Assembly: GCA_964035545.1 (NCBI GenBank)
Contig: OZ037766.1
Location: 29,452,640 to 29,516,639, forward strand
Reading direction: 5' to 3'
Origin: Bugula neritina
Taxonomy: Eukaryota; Animalia; Bryozoa
DNA: 64,000 nucleotides
This document shows positions 23,708-53,072 of the stretch, piece by piece. The notes under the pieces are model-generated. The model did no database searches, was not told where the DNA came from, and saw nothing but the letters and a program-made list of their open reading frames with translations. A program made the position numbers and the translations under genes. Each line of letters opens with the position of its first letter. The stretch's first letter is position 1.

Positions 23708-24714
23708 TTATACCCACCTGCACACCAGATTGGGACTCAAGCTATTGTGATTTGACTTTTTGTATTCACTTGTTTTGTCTCTTATTATTTATTGCATTTG
23801 TACGAGTATTAATAAATATATTTTGGTAAATACAAGACTAGTGGCTGAATAAACTTACTAAATTTTGTCGCAGCCTGTTTTCAGCTCTCAGTATGTCTAA
23901 ATTTGCCATGAGTAGACTTTAGATCACTCACTACGAGACGCTTTCAGGGAGAGGGGTGGGTTGTTCATATCTGAACTCAAGAAAATAATGGTTCTAGGTC
24001 TAGGTTTGATGCATGCTGAGAGAATAGATTATTTCACTTCAACAGCTGATAACTTTTATTTGTTCGAATTCTGTCTTTACAAAACCTGTTGACAGCATCA
24101 AGAACTGGTATTTCCTTCTCTTTCCTTATCTTCAGCCAGATGATCTGTTTGATTCATGTTTTTTCACTCAGTGTTCCGCTAGCGAAAAATCATTTATACC
24201 AAATATTAATAAGTATCTATCATCTTGACTATTTGCCAAACTGATTTAGTGCCTTAGAACAGCATGTCTAATATTTGTAACTTTTAATATTTCAGTTTGA
24301 CTAAATGCATCCTTTCTTGACTTACCATCTACTAGCCAGCTATTTTAAATACAGTGGTTCAGAAATCATTATTCTCAGCTTAGATGTGTTTCTTACAGAA
24401 TAAAATTGCACTCTGACCTTTTCAAATGTGAGCTGCCTATTTGTTAACTTAATTCAATTCTGTGAGATGAAGTAGTATGGTTGGATTTCATTATAATACG
24501 TCTGCACATTCTGAAGGTCATTCTGTATAATATTACTATCAGGTGTCTTGGGCTAGCAGCCAAATTTAAACTGTTGAAGATGGCTTTAGGCAAAACTACA
24601 ATTGAAGTTTGCAGGTTTTAAACAATTAAATTTATCAGCTGATAAAACTTTTTCATATAAATACAATACAATTTTGTGTTGGCTTATTCTAATGCTGGAT
24701 TTTTAACTGACAAA

Positions 24715-25867
24715 ATGAAAGGCTCTGTGCTTTCTGTACTGGTTCTGATTTGTGTTACCTCTTCTATCGATGGGCATGTAGACCCCAGCCCACCACCGAT
24801 AACAGTTGGTAAGATATTATATTACTCATTTTCTTGTAATTCTTTGAGTTAGTAAAGTGCTCTTTAGTTTAGGTTGCTTGCTACTTTGCTTTAGCATAAA
24901 AGAATTCAACGCTGCTTCATTTTGATCAAGTGTATGTTTTCAAAGTTTCCCCAAGTATTTTTTTATGTCTAAAAGCTGCCCATGCAGTAACTTGGGTTTA
25001 CTTTTACCATGATATAATTTTCTATGTTATTATGTTTTATTGACATGGTTGAAAATATAGCTATCATATATTCCTGAGCTGTAAATGTTTATGTTATATC
25101 CACAATTATAATTTACAGCCACTGAGCTAGCTCTTTACAAAAACCGGGTACGAATTCTCTATGACCTGCTCAAGCACGACTGCAACTATGTTGAGCTTCA
25201 AAGAAATAGACGAGATATTGTCACTTCTGAAGACCCAGAGGAGATCCAGCTGGAAGTTGAAAAGATGCTCTACAATGAGTTGGTAGACAAACTCGGTGAA
25301 TGTAGAAGTGCAAATACTGGACTCGCACAAGAAAGTCGTAACCAACCATCAACTGCTACGAAACCTTTACCATCTCCCACTCCGCAACAGTCTACACAGA
25401 AAGTGACTACCAGACAGACTCCAGCACCTCAAACTGTCCGCAAATCTCCATTTGACGAATGTAACTCTGCTATCGACCTCACTGAGAGCTGGAGGCTAGA
25501 TGATTCTGGAAGCAGAATCAAACCGATTGCGGGAGACTTCAACTGCGATACGCACGACATGGAGCAAGACAGACCTTGGTTCCGGTTCACTGGAGATGCA
25601 GGTGACATGATGCAAGATAAGTGCGTGCCGGAGTTTAGCTGTGGCGGAGCAGTGGCTCTCTGGACGGATGCAACTATGCCAAGACGGCTAGGGGTAGCAA
25701 CTAACGTCACCGCATACGGTTCGTGGTACACTCGTAGCTGCAGGCAGTATTCTGTTCAGATCTCTGTGATGAGATGCTCTTACCATTCTCATGACCTCAT
25801 CTACAGATACCTGAGCCGCTCTGCTGGATGTCCTTTCTCCTTCTGCGGCATGAAACTTCACCATTGA
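24715..25867 (+). CDS. Secreted uromodulin/GP2/OIT3-like D8C (D10C) domain protein, ~280 aa, 2 coding exons
   Basis: Exons 24715-24808 (signal peptide MKGSVLSVLVLICVTSSIDG) and 25119-25867 join in frame. RNRR furin-type site, T/P-rich linker, then CD..WFRFTGDAGDMMQDKCVPEFSCG..W..C..ISVMRC..IYRYL..C..FC, the D8C cysteine pattern. Confidence 0.82.
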
Positions 25868-26552
25868 GATGTATAAACTCTGTGCAGATTACTTATAGTT
25901 GTATCTTCTACAACTTTTTCAATATTTTTTTTTCGTGAATGTTATTAAAATGACTGACTACATTTGAATGAAATACGTCTGTGCTTGTCGGTAATATTAG
26001 TTTGAAATTATTTAGTTTAGCTATGAAAGTGCAAATGACATATACTAGTCTATTTTATAAAAACCCTTACAGGTTTTACTTTTTTATCTTCAAAATGTGT
26101 TTTTACTAATGATTAAACATATTTACCTGGGTTTGTGGTTATTTTACTATGCTTATGCATGACAGATTAAACTTTTGTTTTTACTACGAAAACTTGGTGT
26201 ACATGACAATTGGTAGATGTATAAACCAATAAAATATTACACTAATGAAAGCTTTGCCTCTCCGGGCATTATAAATTTAAGATGAAGCAATAGCAATCAA
26301 AACATAAAATCATACATTAATGAATATGAGCTGCTCCTTGGAGAACAAACCACCAATCCAATGCTGGTGTATTATTATAATGCTCTATATACAAACTAGT
26401 CAAATGTGTCAATGACTAAAAATTGTTATTTGTTTAAATTCTCCCCATTGGGTGGAAAAACATGTGGACAGTTTTGTTTTTAAACTGGTCCCAGATGGCA
26501 TCTCTATGAATTGCTAGTGGTATGGTTAGAGAGCTTTTGTTTGCAGTCCAAA

Positions 26553-26591
26553 AGCAGTTATGACTGGATGCTTTTTTAACATCACCAATGT
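26553..26591 (-). mobile_element. SINE body fragment (same family as 20952-21115)
   Basis: AGCAGTTATGACTGGATGCTTTTTTAACATCACCAATG closely matches ~21003-21040. Confidence 0.7.
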
Positions 26592-26733
26592 TCCTACTGT
26601 TAGAACAAAACATTGCTGAGGCTATTATCAGGAGGGGGTGGAGCTTATTACATTATTGAATTACATTGTAAGTGGATGTCATACTATAAGTCTATAGTCT
26701 ATCCCTTTAATACTCTGTCATTAATGCTTCTAT

Positions 26734-26832
26734 TATAAGCAGTTTCAAGGTTTATAGAGTTGGGGACCTAACTAAAAACTTGAAGACCCCAAACTAAAAC
26801 CATCTTTAACCCTCAACTCGGAGTTGCTTATA
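26734..26832. mobile_element. Decayed short hairpin MITE (TATAAGCA...TGCTTATA family)
   Basis: Ends match those of the copy at 47436-47553. Confidence 0.5.
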
Positions 26833-26845
26833 GAACAGTTCACAC

Positions 26846-26991
26846 TACCTTCCCATGACTTCCGGATGAATGAACTTTTCATTTGATGTTTGGAAACAAG
26901 TTAATCTAACGAAACCACAGCCATAAGTTAATGCAAACCACAACTACAAATCCATTCGTAGGAGCATTCATTCGATGTCATGGGAAAGCAG
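26846..26991. mobile_element. Small inverted-repeat element (MITE-like)
   Basis: Left CTACCTTCCCATGACTTCCGGATGAATG versus reverse complement of right CTGCTTTCCCATGACATCGAATGAATG. Confidence 0.55.
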
Positions 26992-27857
26992 TCTACAGTA
27001 TACATAACTTCCCTATTAGCAAGTATATTACATCACAGCTTCTCATCATACTGTATAGACTGCATCTGGTATATGAACCTATTTGACTGACCTTTTAACC
27101 ATGTAATAAATTGATAATACTCAATACTGAACTTGAAAATTTATTGTAATGAATTGCATTATACATGTTGCCTTGAGTTAAATGAATATATATTGTGTCA
27201 TTAATGTGTATGCAATGTGTTTTATCTGTGAAACTGTTTTAGTGCCAATCAATAATCTATCACAGAAAATAATTTGATTAAATCGTTATGTACAAAGCAA
27301 TTGTTTAATAATTTAAATCATACCTTAAAATTTAAAATTCAACTTAATATTATAAATGTAGTTAATATGCAGACAGTCTAACAGACGTACGTCTTTGTAA
27401 ATTTGTTTCAATATTATGCAGTATGTATATGCAATGAGCGGCTTCACACGCATAGCTGTAGCTCTAATCATGATAAATTAGAAAACTATAACATAGTATT
27501 ACTGTAGTGCACGGCTTGGAAACTGACTTTAAAACAACATTTCTCTGTATATAATATTTGTAAACAGCCCTTTATCTTGCATCTGGAAATTGAGTCACAA
27601 AGTGGTTGAAGTATTTTAATTATACATATTATGCTCAGCTATGACATGCAGTGATTGAGCTCTTTAGCCCTGGTCATAAACTCAACCTGCTAGCATTTTG
27701 CAAAGCTCGTGACTCCTAGAGTTATTTGAGCACTCTGCAGCTTGAGTTTACACACCTTTTAAATGTTCTTTATTGGAAACATGGTTTGGGCCATGGTACT
27801 CTGTTTTGTACTAATGAGGGGACAAATCCTGAAACAGCTGCTGTCTACAGATTGCAG

Positions 27858-27978
<121 letters not shown>

Positions 27979-29328
27979 TAGTTTAATGGTTAAGTGAATT
28001 AGTAACACCCATGATGTATACTTCAATGTAGTATTGATGCTCAGAACAAGTTTAGGATGAGAATAAGCAGGTGTCTCTATCAAAGCATACCACTGCATGT
28101 TATCTAGTCATGCCAAAAACCTGTCATTTTGTGCAGTAGCAGGTAGTTGCAGGTACATACTATTTATATATTATACAGATGTGTTGATATATGATTTATA
28201 AAATTATTCAATTATATTAATGAACTTGGTTGGTACTACCGATTAGTAATTAAAAATTAATCAAACATTTCATATTAAATTAGAAAAATTCAAGTACAGT
28301 TCAGCTTATTATTTTAGTCTTGTATTTATAATTTAATTACTTTCTTAAATTATGGTATTATGCACTTTCTAGCAAAAAGTTTTTTTACGAGTATATATAT
28401 TGGAAGTTGTCTGACTGAGCTAAAGGGTCAAGTTCCTCCGCCACCATTTGATTTGCATAGCAGTTTCAAAAATAGTCTTAGATCCTACATACGATATATC
28501 TACAACAAGTGCTATAACTTCATGTAATGTTTTATATTGATTAATGTAGTAAAAGTTTTAATATCTTCTCATTACATAGCCGTTACATACACAATATTAT
28601 GATAAAACATCAGGTTACATTATAGTAGTACAAAAAAACATATCAATTATAAAGAGTTATTCCTAAACTATTTAACTTATTTACAAGTAACCTATGAGCT
28701 TCATGTTTGTAATTAAAGTACTTTATGTTAAAACCAATAAAAATATTTACACAAATATTTTGAATTTTACCTTCATCATCTGTAACTTTAGATCAACTTA
28801 ATTATTGATAAAATAGTTTCACCAACTTAATCCAGTGTTAGTTTTGAAAGTGGCCGAAGTTTCAGATTGACCAGAGTAAATATTATTATAGTTTTACTAT
28901 ATTTAATTAATTATGACTTCTAATTTAATACTTGTCATATATTTATTTGTACAGTTCACTTTATTTTCACTATCAGGCTTCTTTATCTACCAATATCTTT
29001 GCATATGATAGCATTGGACAGCGTTGGATAAGCCTGACATGTAACTAAAGACCTCATATTAACATTTTAAGTTGTATAATTGCTTCTTTATTTAGAATTT
29101 TCATGAGACAATGGAACAAATCTGCCACTAGTTAGTGATTATAGTTATTATTATGTATTTATTAAATTATTTTTATGTATTATTAATAAATATAAATCAT
29201 ATTTTCGATGAAAATGTTCTTGACTCAAATTTTTGAAAAGTAGTATTATTTTTTCAAACATGCTAAATACGTAGCATTTGTGAGAAGATAACTTTAGTGC
29301 TGAGAAGGATGTACTTTTTATAGGCAAG

Positions 29329-30653
29329 ATGAGATGTCCACTGATTACACTGTTTGTTCTAACTTTATGCTTGGTGACCTGTCATAACCTTAGCATATGG
29401 CACTGGAATCATGGCTTCTTTAAAGGGGTCGGAAAACAAGGCAGTAATGTCAACACTACTGGAGTTATTGCTGATGGTAAACAATCCTAATTATTAATTA
29501 TATAACTAACTGCACACAGATGCTATGTTATTGCAGTACTATTGCTAGCAGGAGGAATGTAGTATATTTTAATATATGATATAATATGATATAATATAAC
29601 ATGATAATTATGATACAATATAAAATGATATATTAGTACAATTTGTTATAATATAATATGGTTATATGATGTAATATAATATGATATGATATGATTTAAT
29701 ATTATATAATTTATCATGCACTTTATTTTTCATGTATAGCTCTCCTAAAGAATATTAAACAATCTGGAAAAGATATAGGAACAGTTAGTTCAGGTATGTG
29801 ACAATACCAAAAATATATAGTTTCTCAATTCAACAATTTAATACCTGCCTCAAGAATCAACTAAATTTTAAGCATCATAATTTATAGTAGCTGCAGCTAA
29901 AATATACAAGGCAATTAATAGTCTATGGCAATTGGTTATGTCTGAACCCAGCCAAAAAAAACTTAAGGTTATGGCCAGGTACACAGAGTACATACATTAG
30001 TTGCTAGGTTGACATTGTTTCTATAAATTGACTATTAAATGCGATATTATAGAATTGCTAATAATGTTACTTTGCTACTATTTTAAGCTAACGACTCATA
30101 TTTTGTGAGCTCTGCTCATGTTTGTCAAGTCTATTGCAAACATGATGGTAGCTTTGAATGATAGGAGTTCAGCATTCAACTAGTCTTGCTTGCATGTCCT
30201 ATTCTACGGTGTTGAAAAAAGCCCTCGAAAATTATCGTAACGCAATAGAAATTATATAGTAAAATATTAAGACCATGGTCTTTCTTGCATTGAACTTACT
30301 TTATGCAGTTTTGTTTAGGTTAATGTAAAAACAGACACATTTTCTATTGATAAACCCCTAAGCATATTATTTATTATTACCCACAATCATTTCTTCTGTA
30401 TTTAAATTACTTTAGTATCCTTAATTTATATGTGGGCATATGGAATAAGAATTTTAAAAATATTATAATAAACACATTACCTAATTTATTTATTGCAGAA
30501 TATATATTGTTTTATATTATAGAAAACTAGTGGTTTCTTTATATTATTTTGCAATATTGTTTTTGTTTACTTGAAATAGTGATAGGCCTACTTCAGTCAA
30601 TTTTTACTTTATTTTTAGAACTGCAAAGGCTTCTATCAGAATCAAATAACTGA
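29329..30653 (+). CDS. Small secreted peptide precursor, 78 aa, 3 coding exons (GnRH/corazonin-like peptide candidate)
   Basis: Exons 29329-29476, 29740-29793 and 30619-30653, all GT-AG with phase 1/1 joins, give MRCPLITLFVLTLCLVTCHNLSIWHWNHGFFKGVGKQGSNVNTTGVIADALLKNIKQSGKDIGTVSSELQRLLSESNN*. Clear signal peptide; CAAGATG start context; an acceptor at 29322-29323 implies an upstream non-coding exon; AATAAA at ~31003. Confidence 0.68.
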
Positions 30654-31309
30654 AAGATACACACATTCTGAATGTTACAGTTATATATCATTTACTTCTA
30701 TAATATCCTCAAAAAAATATACATATATACAATATAACTACTTTTCATCTTTTCATGTTTACGTTACAAAAGCTGCAGGAAAGATTAAAGCTAACTTTGC
30801 ACAGCTTTTAGATTTAGTTGTAACTTTATTAGCAGCCACACCTGATCAAATATTCACTCTCTAAACTAAACAAGGGAGCTATAAGCCACACTTCAAACAC
30901 AGTGCAGGTTTTATTCAATTGAGTTCTTAGGCTATATTAGCTCTGGATATTTTGACTTTAAACAGTGCTATAATTTATGTGTTAGATTTCAGCATCTGCA
31001 ATAATAAACAAGGCTATCTTTTCAACATGCCAATTGCTTAGGATTTATGTTTATTTCAACATATTATATAGATGGAATGGCATATTATTATAACTGGCAA
31101 CACAAAATATGATATAGCCTTAGTTACTTATAATTAGTATATTCAAAGCATTGTTTATAAACTAAAGCTAGGAAATTTTGGCAGCTCAACTATAAATTGT
31201 TTCAAATCAGCAATTCAGATTATATTCAGCTATCAGCATCTATATGTATAAAATGTATACACCATGCATATGCATTTCATAAATCATATAATTTATATAT
31301 AATTTATAG

Positions 31310-31315
<6 letters not shown>

Positions 31316-31373
<58 letters not shown>

Positions 31374-31394
31374 TTATATATATATATATATATA
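31316..31394. repeat. (TA)n microsatellite
   Basis: Directly visible. Confidence 0.97.
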
Positions 31395-31794
31395 GTTTAA
31401 GATTACTTAGGGCTAACAGATGTTCCCAAAACCATGCAAGGCTTTCAATAGTGTTTCCTGTTACAGCGTGCACTACATTAATGTATTTAAACATGTATAG
31501 AGTTGTTCTGTTTCACCTAATGGTACTCACTCTACTCATGATGATTTAACTGAGCTGTCTTATTGATTTTAAGCTGCAAGTAGGCAGTAGAGAGTAGGGG
31601 GAGGCAATTAGAACAACTACTGTGTACTGTAAATCAACAATACTGTGCTGCATAATATCCTAATGTCTGGCAGTTTTGGATTACGTATCTATTAATTTTT
31701 ATAATCACTATTCTCGAAAGAACACCCAATGGTGAGGCTATTTTTAAGCAGGCTCAAGACGTGTTTCATATTATGACAAAGAAGTAACTTTAAG

Positions 31795-31890
31795 CGTATG
31801 TCTTTACTAACATCCCCAATGGCTGTTTTATGGAAGATTAAACCACTTACTAGTGTTTACTAGGTCAGCGATCTAACCTTTAGACCACTA
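31795..31890 (-). mobile_element. Decayed SINE copy (same family)
   Basis: CTAACATCCCCAATGGC...TTACTAGGTCAGCGATCTAACCTTTAGACCAC aligns with ~21027-21108. Confidence 0.6.
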
Positions 31891-32611
31891 AAAGCAGTTT
31901 CAAAGCAATCTGAATAAGTTAGAAATAAAACTAATTGCATGCAATTTTCATCAATGTGCTGCAGAATAAAAAGAAAAAATGTTTGTTTATTCAATTAAAA
32001 CATTCATGCCTTTTTATAAAAGATGAAACTCTGCTTGCAATTGGCGTTCATTTTAATTTTACCATTGAAGTGCATGGTTGTCTTTTGACTTTTTTGTATA
32101 AATCAGCTTTCAATATAGATTATATATATTACTATACAGTAGGTTTCATAATTGTTACTAAGAAACTTGTAGAGCTATTATTCGGTGTTGTACAGTAAAA
32201 CAATTTACAATTATCTACACCTTAAATAATTAAACAAGCACACTATTCCATCAGATAACTCATCTTGTTTACTTTCTACAAAACATAGCAATTGTGTTTT
32301 GGGAAGATCTATCTTCCTAATTGACTAAATCTACCCGGAGTTATTGGACAAGCACCATTAGCTTTACAAGGAAAGGTATGTACTGTAGGAAATACTTATG
32401 AAAACCAATAAAGGACTAATCTAAACCAAATTTTCTATTTCAAATTTTAGAATGTAAATGCTTAGTTTGTTATATAAAACTAAGATAATGTAATTTTCTA
32501 GACTACTTTGAAAAAGAAATAACTGTCTTTAACAATTTTTTCTGACACTAAAAAGGTATTATTGTAGTTAAACAGTTGCTTTGTGACACATCATATAGAG
32601 ACTTTTTGTTA

Positions 32612-32726
32612 TATCACAACCTGTCACAACCTGTTACAACTTGTCACAGTATGTCACAACATGTCACAGCATTTCACCATCTGTCACAACATATGGTACA
32701 ACATGCTATGTGTCACAACTTGTCAT
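32612..32726. repeat. Degenerate 10-bp tandem repeat (TGTCACAACM)
   Basis: About 10 imperfect copies visible. Confidence 0.8.
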
Positions 32727-34397
32727 TCTTCTCAAATAGCTAAGTTTGACAGTTGATAATAAAACATTTCTATTTTTCGTAGCCTTGTATTGTAATTCAA
32801 GTATAGCTTAAAGGTCTTAAACCTATCTAAAACATCTGCAGGAATCTTTTTATTTTAAGACTATTTTAAAAAATAATTATTATATAGCTGCCGGTGTTAA
32901 ATGAAAAAGCAGACATATTTTTAGCTGTATAGCAGGTGATAGTAAGTATCAAGCTACCTTAGAGAACCATTGCTGCGTTGAAATAACTATGTTGTACCAA
33001 ATTAGTATTATTACTTGTCATATAATACCGTGGCTTGAATAAGCATAGATTTTAGTGGTTAGTTCAAATAATTTAAATAAAAACTAGCTCGTGCAATACT
33101 ATTTATATTTGAACATAACTTATATAGATAACGCAGCTTATACTGTTTCATTCACTAAACTGATATAACAGCGTGTGCTAATAAACGTTCAATATAATTA
33201 GCTATAAATTTAAAACAATGCCATAAGCACTTTCACTTAGATTTGCTGAATTAACAACATTCTAGTTCTTCATAAGTAGTTGTGTAGCTGTGCTGTAGCT
33301 AGTGTAAATAGAACAGCAATGAACAGCTAAGATTAAATACAACTTTCAATAAAGTTCAGTTACATTCAACAAACTAAAATCTATTCAGAAGCGGTCTATA
33401 ATCAGTCTAACACTTATTTTATAAGGTCTGCCAAATGACGTGCCTAATTATTGGAAAAAAACCAACTCGTCTGCACCATCAAGAGATAAACTTTTCAGAA
33501 TAAAAGCAGCATGCTGTGACACTTAGTTGTTTGACATCTGCCGTAAGGTGCTTCCTTCTGGCTGACAGTTTCTAACGGGTAGAGCAAATATATTGCAATT
33601 TAAAGTTGCTGTAATACACACATCTATGCGTTTAGTTTGTAAAGCCAATTTAAGAATTCCAGCCCTCTATATATAAAAGCATATTTTTTTAATTTTAATT
33701 GAATATAGAAACTCCATTTTTCAATTTCTAAGCATTTTCAGTCACTCCCATAACGAGAGCATAATTCATACTCTCATACTTAAAGAACAAAGAACAAAAA
33801 TTATTTGAAGCATTTGCACTATTCAAACTATAAAATGCGGTCCCATAATAATAATACATTATATAACTTATAAGACCTTATTTATTAGCCGTTGGTTTTG
33901 TTTTAATAAAGTTTGAGCAAGCAAGCTAACTATATAATTATTATACACACCCAGTTAAGCTACAGATAAGTGTAGCTAATTGTAGGTGCTTTACTGTACA
34001 AACCTACATAATAGAATCATTTAATACTGTAATACAGTTATAATGAAGCTAATGTTGGTAATATTGATTGGGAAACTACTCTATATGCATAAGCAGCTGC
34101 AAAATTATACAGAACTAACAACAACTGCATGTCTAAAAACTGGCAAGTGTGCAAAATTATTTGCATATATAATGGAATATGAGGGTTTCCCTGCCTGTAA
34201 AGTCAATTTTGTGTCAAACATATGAAGCTAAAGATAGTCTCAGAAATCTTGATAGAAGAGTTGCAAAAATAAATTAAAATAAGCGCTTTTGTTGCTTATA
34301 CCTACAATTGAACAAAACAAAAATAATTTTGTTGTTTCAACTATTTTCTCATTGCACTTCAAAACAGAATTGTTGCATTAGGCATGCATGCCGCTCA

Positions 34398-34605
<208 letters not shown>

Positions 34606-36268
34606 TTAGCATATGCATAATATATATATTAGACATTATAATACTAATTCTTAGAAAATATATCATGGTGATTATTCATTGTTTTTTGAGTAAATTTGAG
34701 TATATGCATCATATATAGTATCCCAAATGTCACTACAGCACACTAGAGTAAACAGTTAGTGGAGAGATGTGGCTAGCTGTAAATGGCGTCCATAGTATGA
34801 AATATGCTGGTAGCCAACTAGAGAAAATCTCCCCATGCGTCTGCTTTCATAGCAATGTGATATAATAATGTGAGAGGAATACTATGATACAACTATGTAA
34901 CACAACTCAGCAAGCTTCTACATTTTTGTTGGTCAATCGTTGAGCTTGAATACAGTAACCGAGTAAAATAATTGATTGGTAAATGTTTTATAGTGTGCTC
35001 ATTGCAGGTCATTCCATAAAAATAATATTATGTTGAAAAAACTTATACAGCCAACTATTGCTGTCCAGTTGTATGAGTTGGTTTAAATTGCAAAGTGAAT
35101 ACTAAAACGAAAATTTAAATACGTTATATATACCGAAGTAGCAGGTGATTACCAGACAACTTTATTTTCTAGGTGAGTGATTTTTTAATCACTGCACCTC
35201 TTTTATACTACCCTGTTGTAATAAAGCTGCTTCTAAATTGCCAGCTATGATTATTGCAAAATAAATTAGAATTAGAAGAAAACCTACAAATTTGCCGTAA
35301 AATCTACAAGTTTTTCTATACTGTGGTTTGTGGGTAATTTATTGCAAAATATTTTAAATTTGGTTGCACTATGCTTCTAAAGTAATGAAACAAAACCAGG
35401 GAAGCATATTACTCTAAACCTTCTCACATGTTGACATCCTTTGGGACAATTAAGTGATAATTAGAGTCCAAAGCTGCAATAGCGATATAGTTTTAATAAT
35501 GAAGTTCGCATTTCAGAAGAGGAAGGGGAGGGGACCCTTAGTTGATAGAAGGAAAAATTCATGCAATGTAATTGATGCTTTAGACAGATAATGCAAATGC
35601 ATTAATTTCTCTAAGTAAGAAACTATAAAAAATAACATGTGTTTTAATCTTAAAAATACTATTTTCATTGAAACAATTTGCAGCTATAAGATTACATATA
35701 TTTTTATGAGACTGAACTATAAAAAACCTCAACATTGATGAAAATAAAACTAGCTTTAATACTATTTAAAGATGTTGAAGGGAATGGAGAGTATTGCATA
35801 ATTGGATAAATTTAGTTATTGGCAACTAGTGTCATTCCAAATTGAATCTAAGTTATCCGGCTTGAGTAATGAATTATATTACAATGGCATCTTAAAAATG
35901 CATGTAATTGCATTTTTACAAAAACCATTCAATGAGCTCTAACCGTTTATACATACCAACGCATATGAAAATTTAACATTTTTGCAGGTTATATATCACA
36001 CCATAGAAGATACGTAATGTATTGATTATCATGTCAGAAGTGCAACCTGTTTAATAAAAGGCATTGGTCTCTTCTCAACAGCAGCTGACATTTACAAGTG
36101 GCCGCTCTTGGCAAATCAGCAGAATGGTAAAGTTTATGCTTGTTGCAAGACTTCACCAGGGCAGCTAAATCTACTAGGGGCACTTGCCTTAGAGTGTCTC
36201 ACATTCACACTTTGCATTGACAGGTTCCGGCATTATATTGGCATGATATGATACCTCGATAGGAAACT

Positions 36269-53072
<16,804 letters not shown>

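Noticed and set aside
25127-25731. Antisense ORFs over the D8C gene (similarly 2346-2579, 42277-42507, 44402-44593, 58305-58529, 60748-60987)
   Set aside because: These are shadows of real exons on the opposite strand, with no independent signals.
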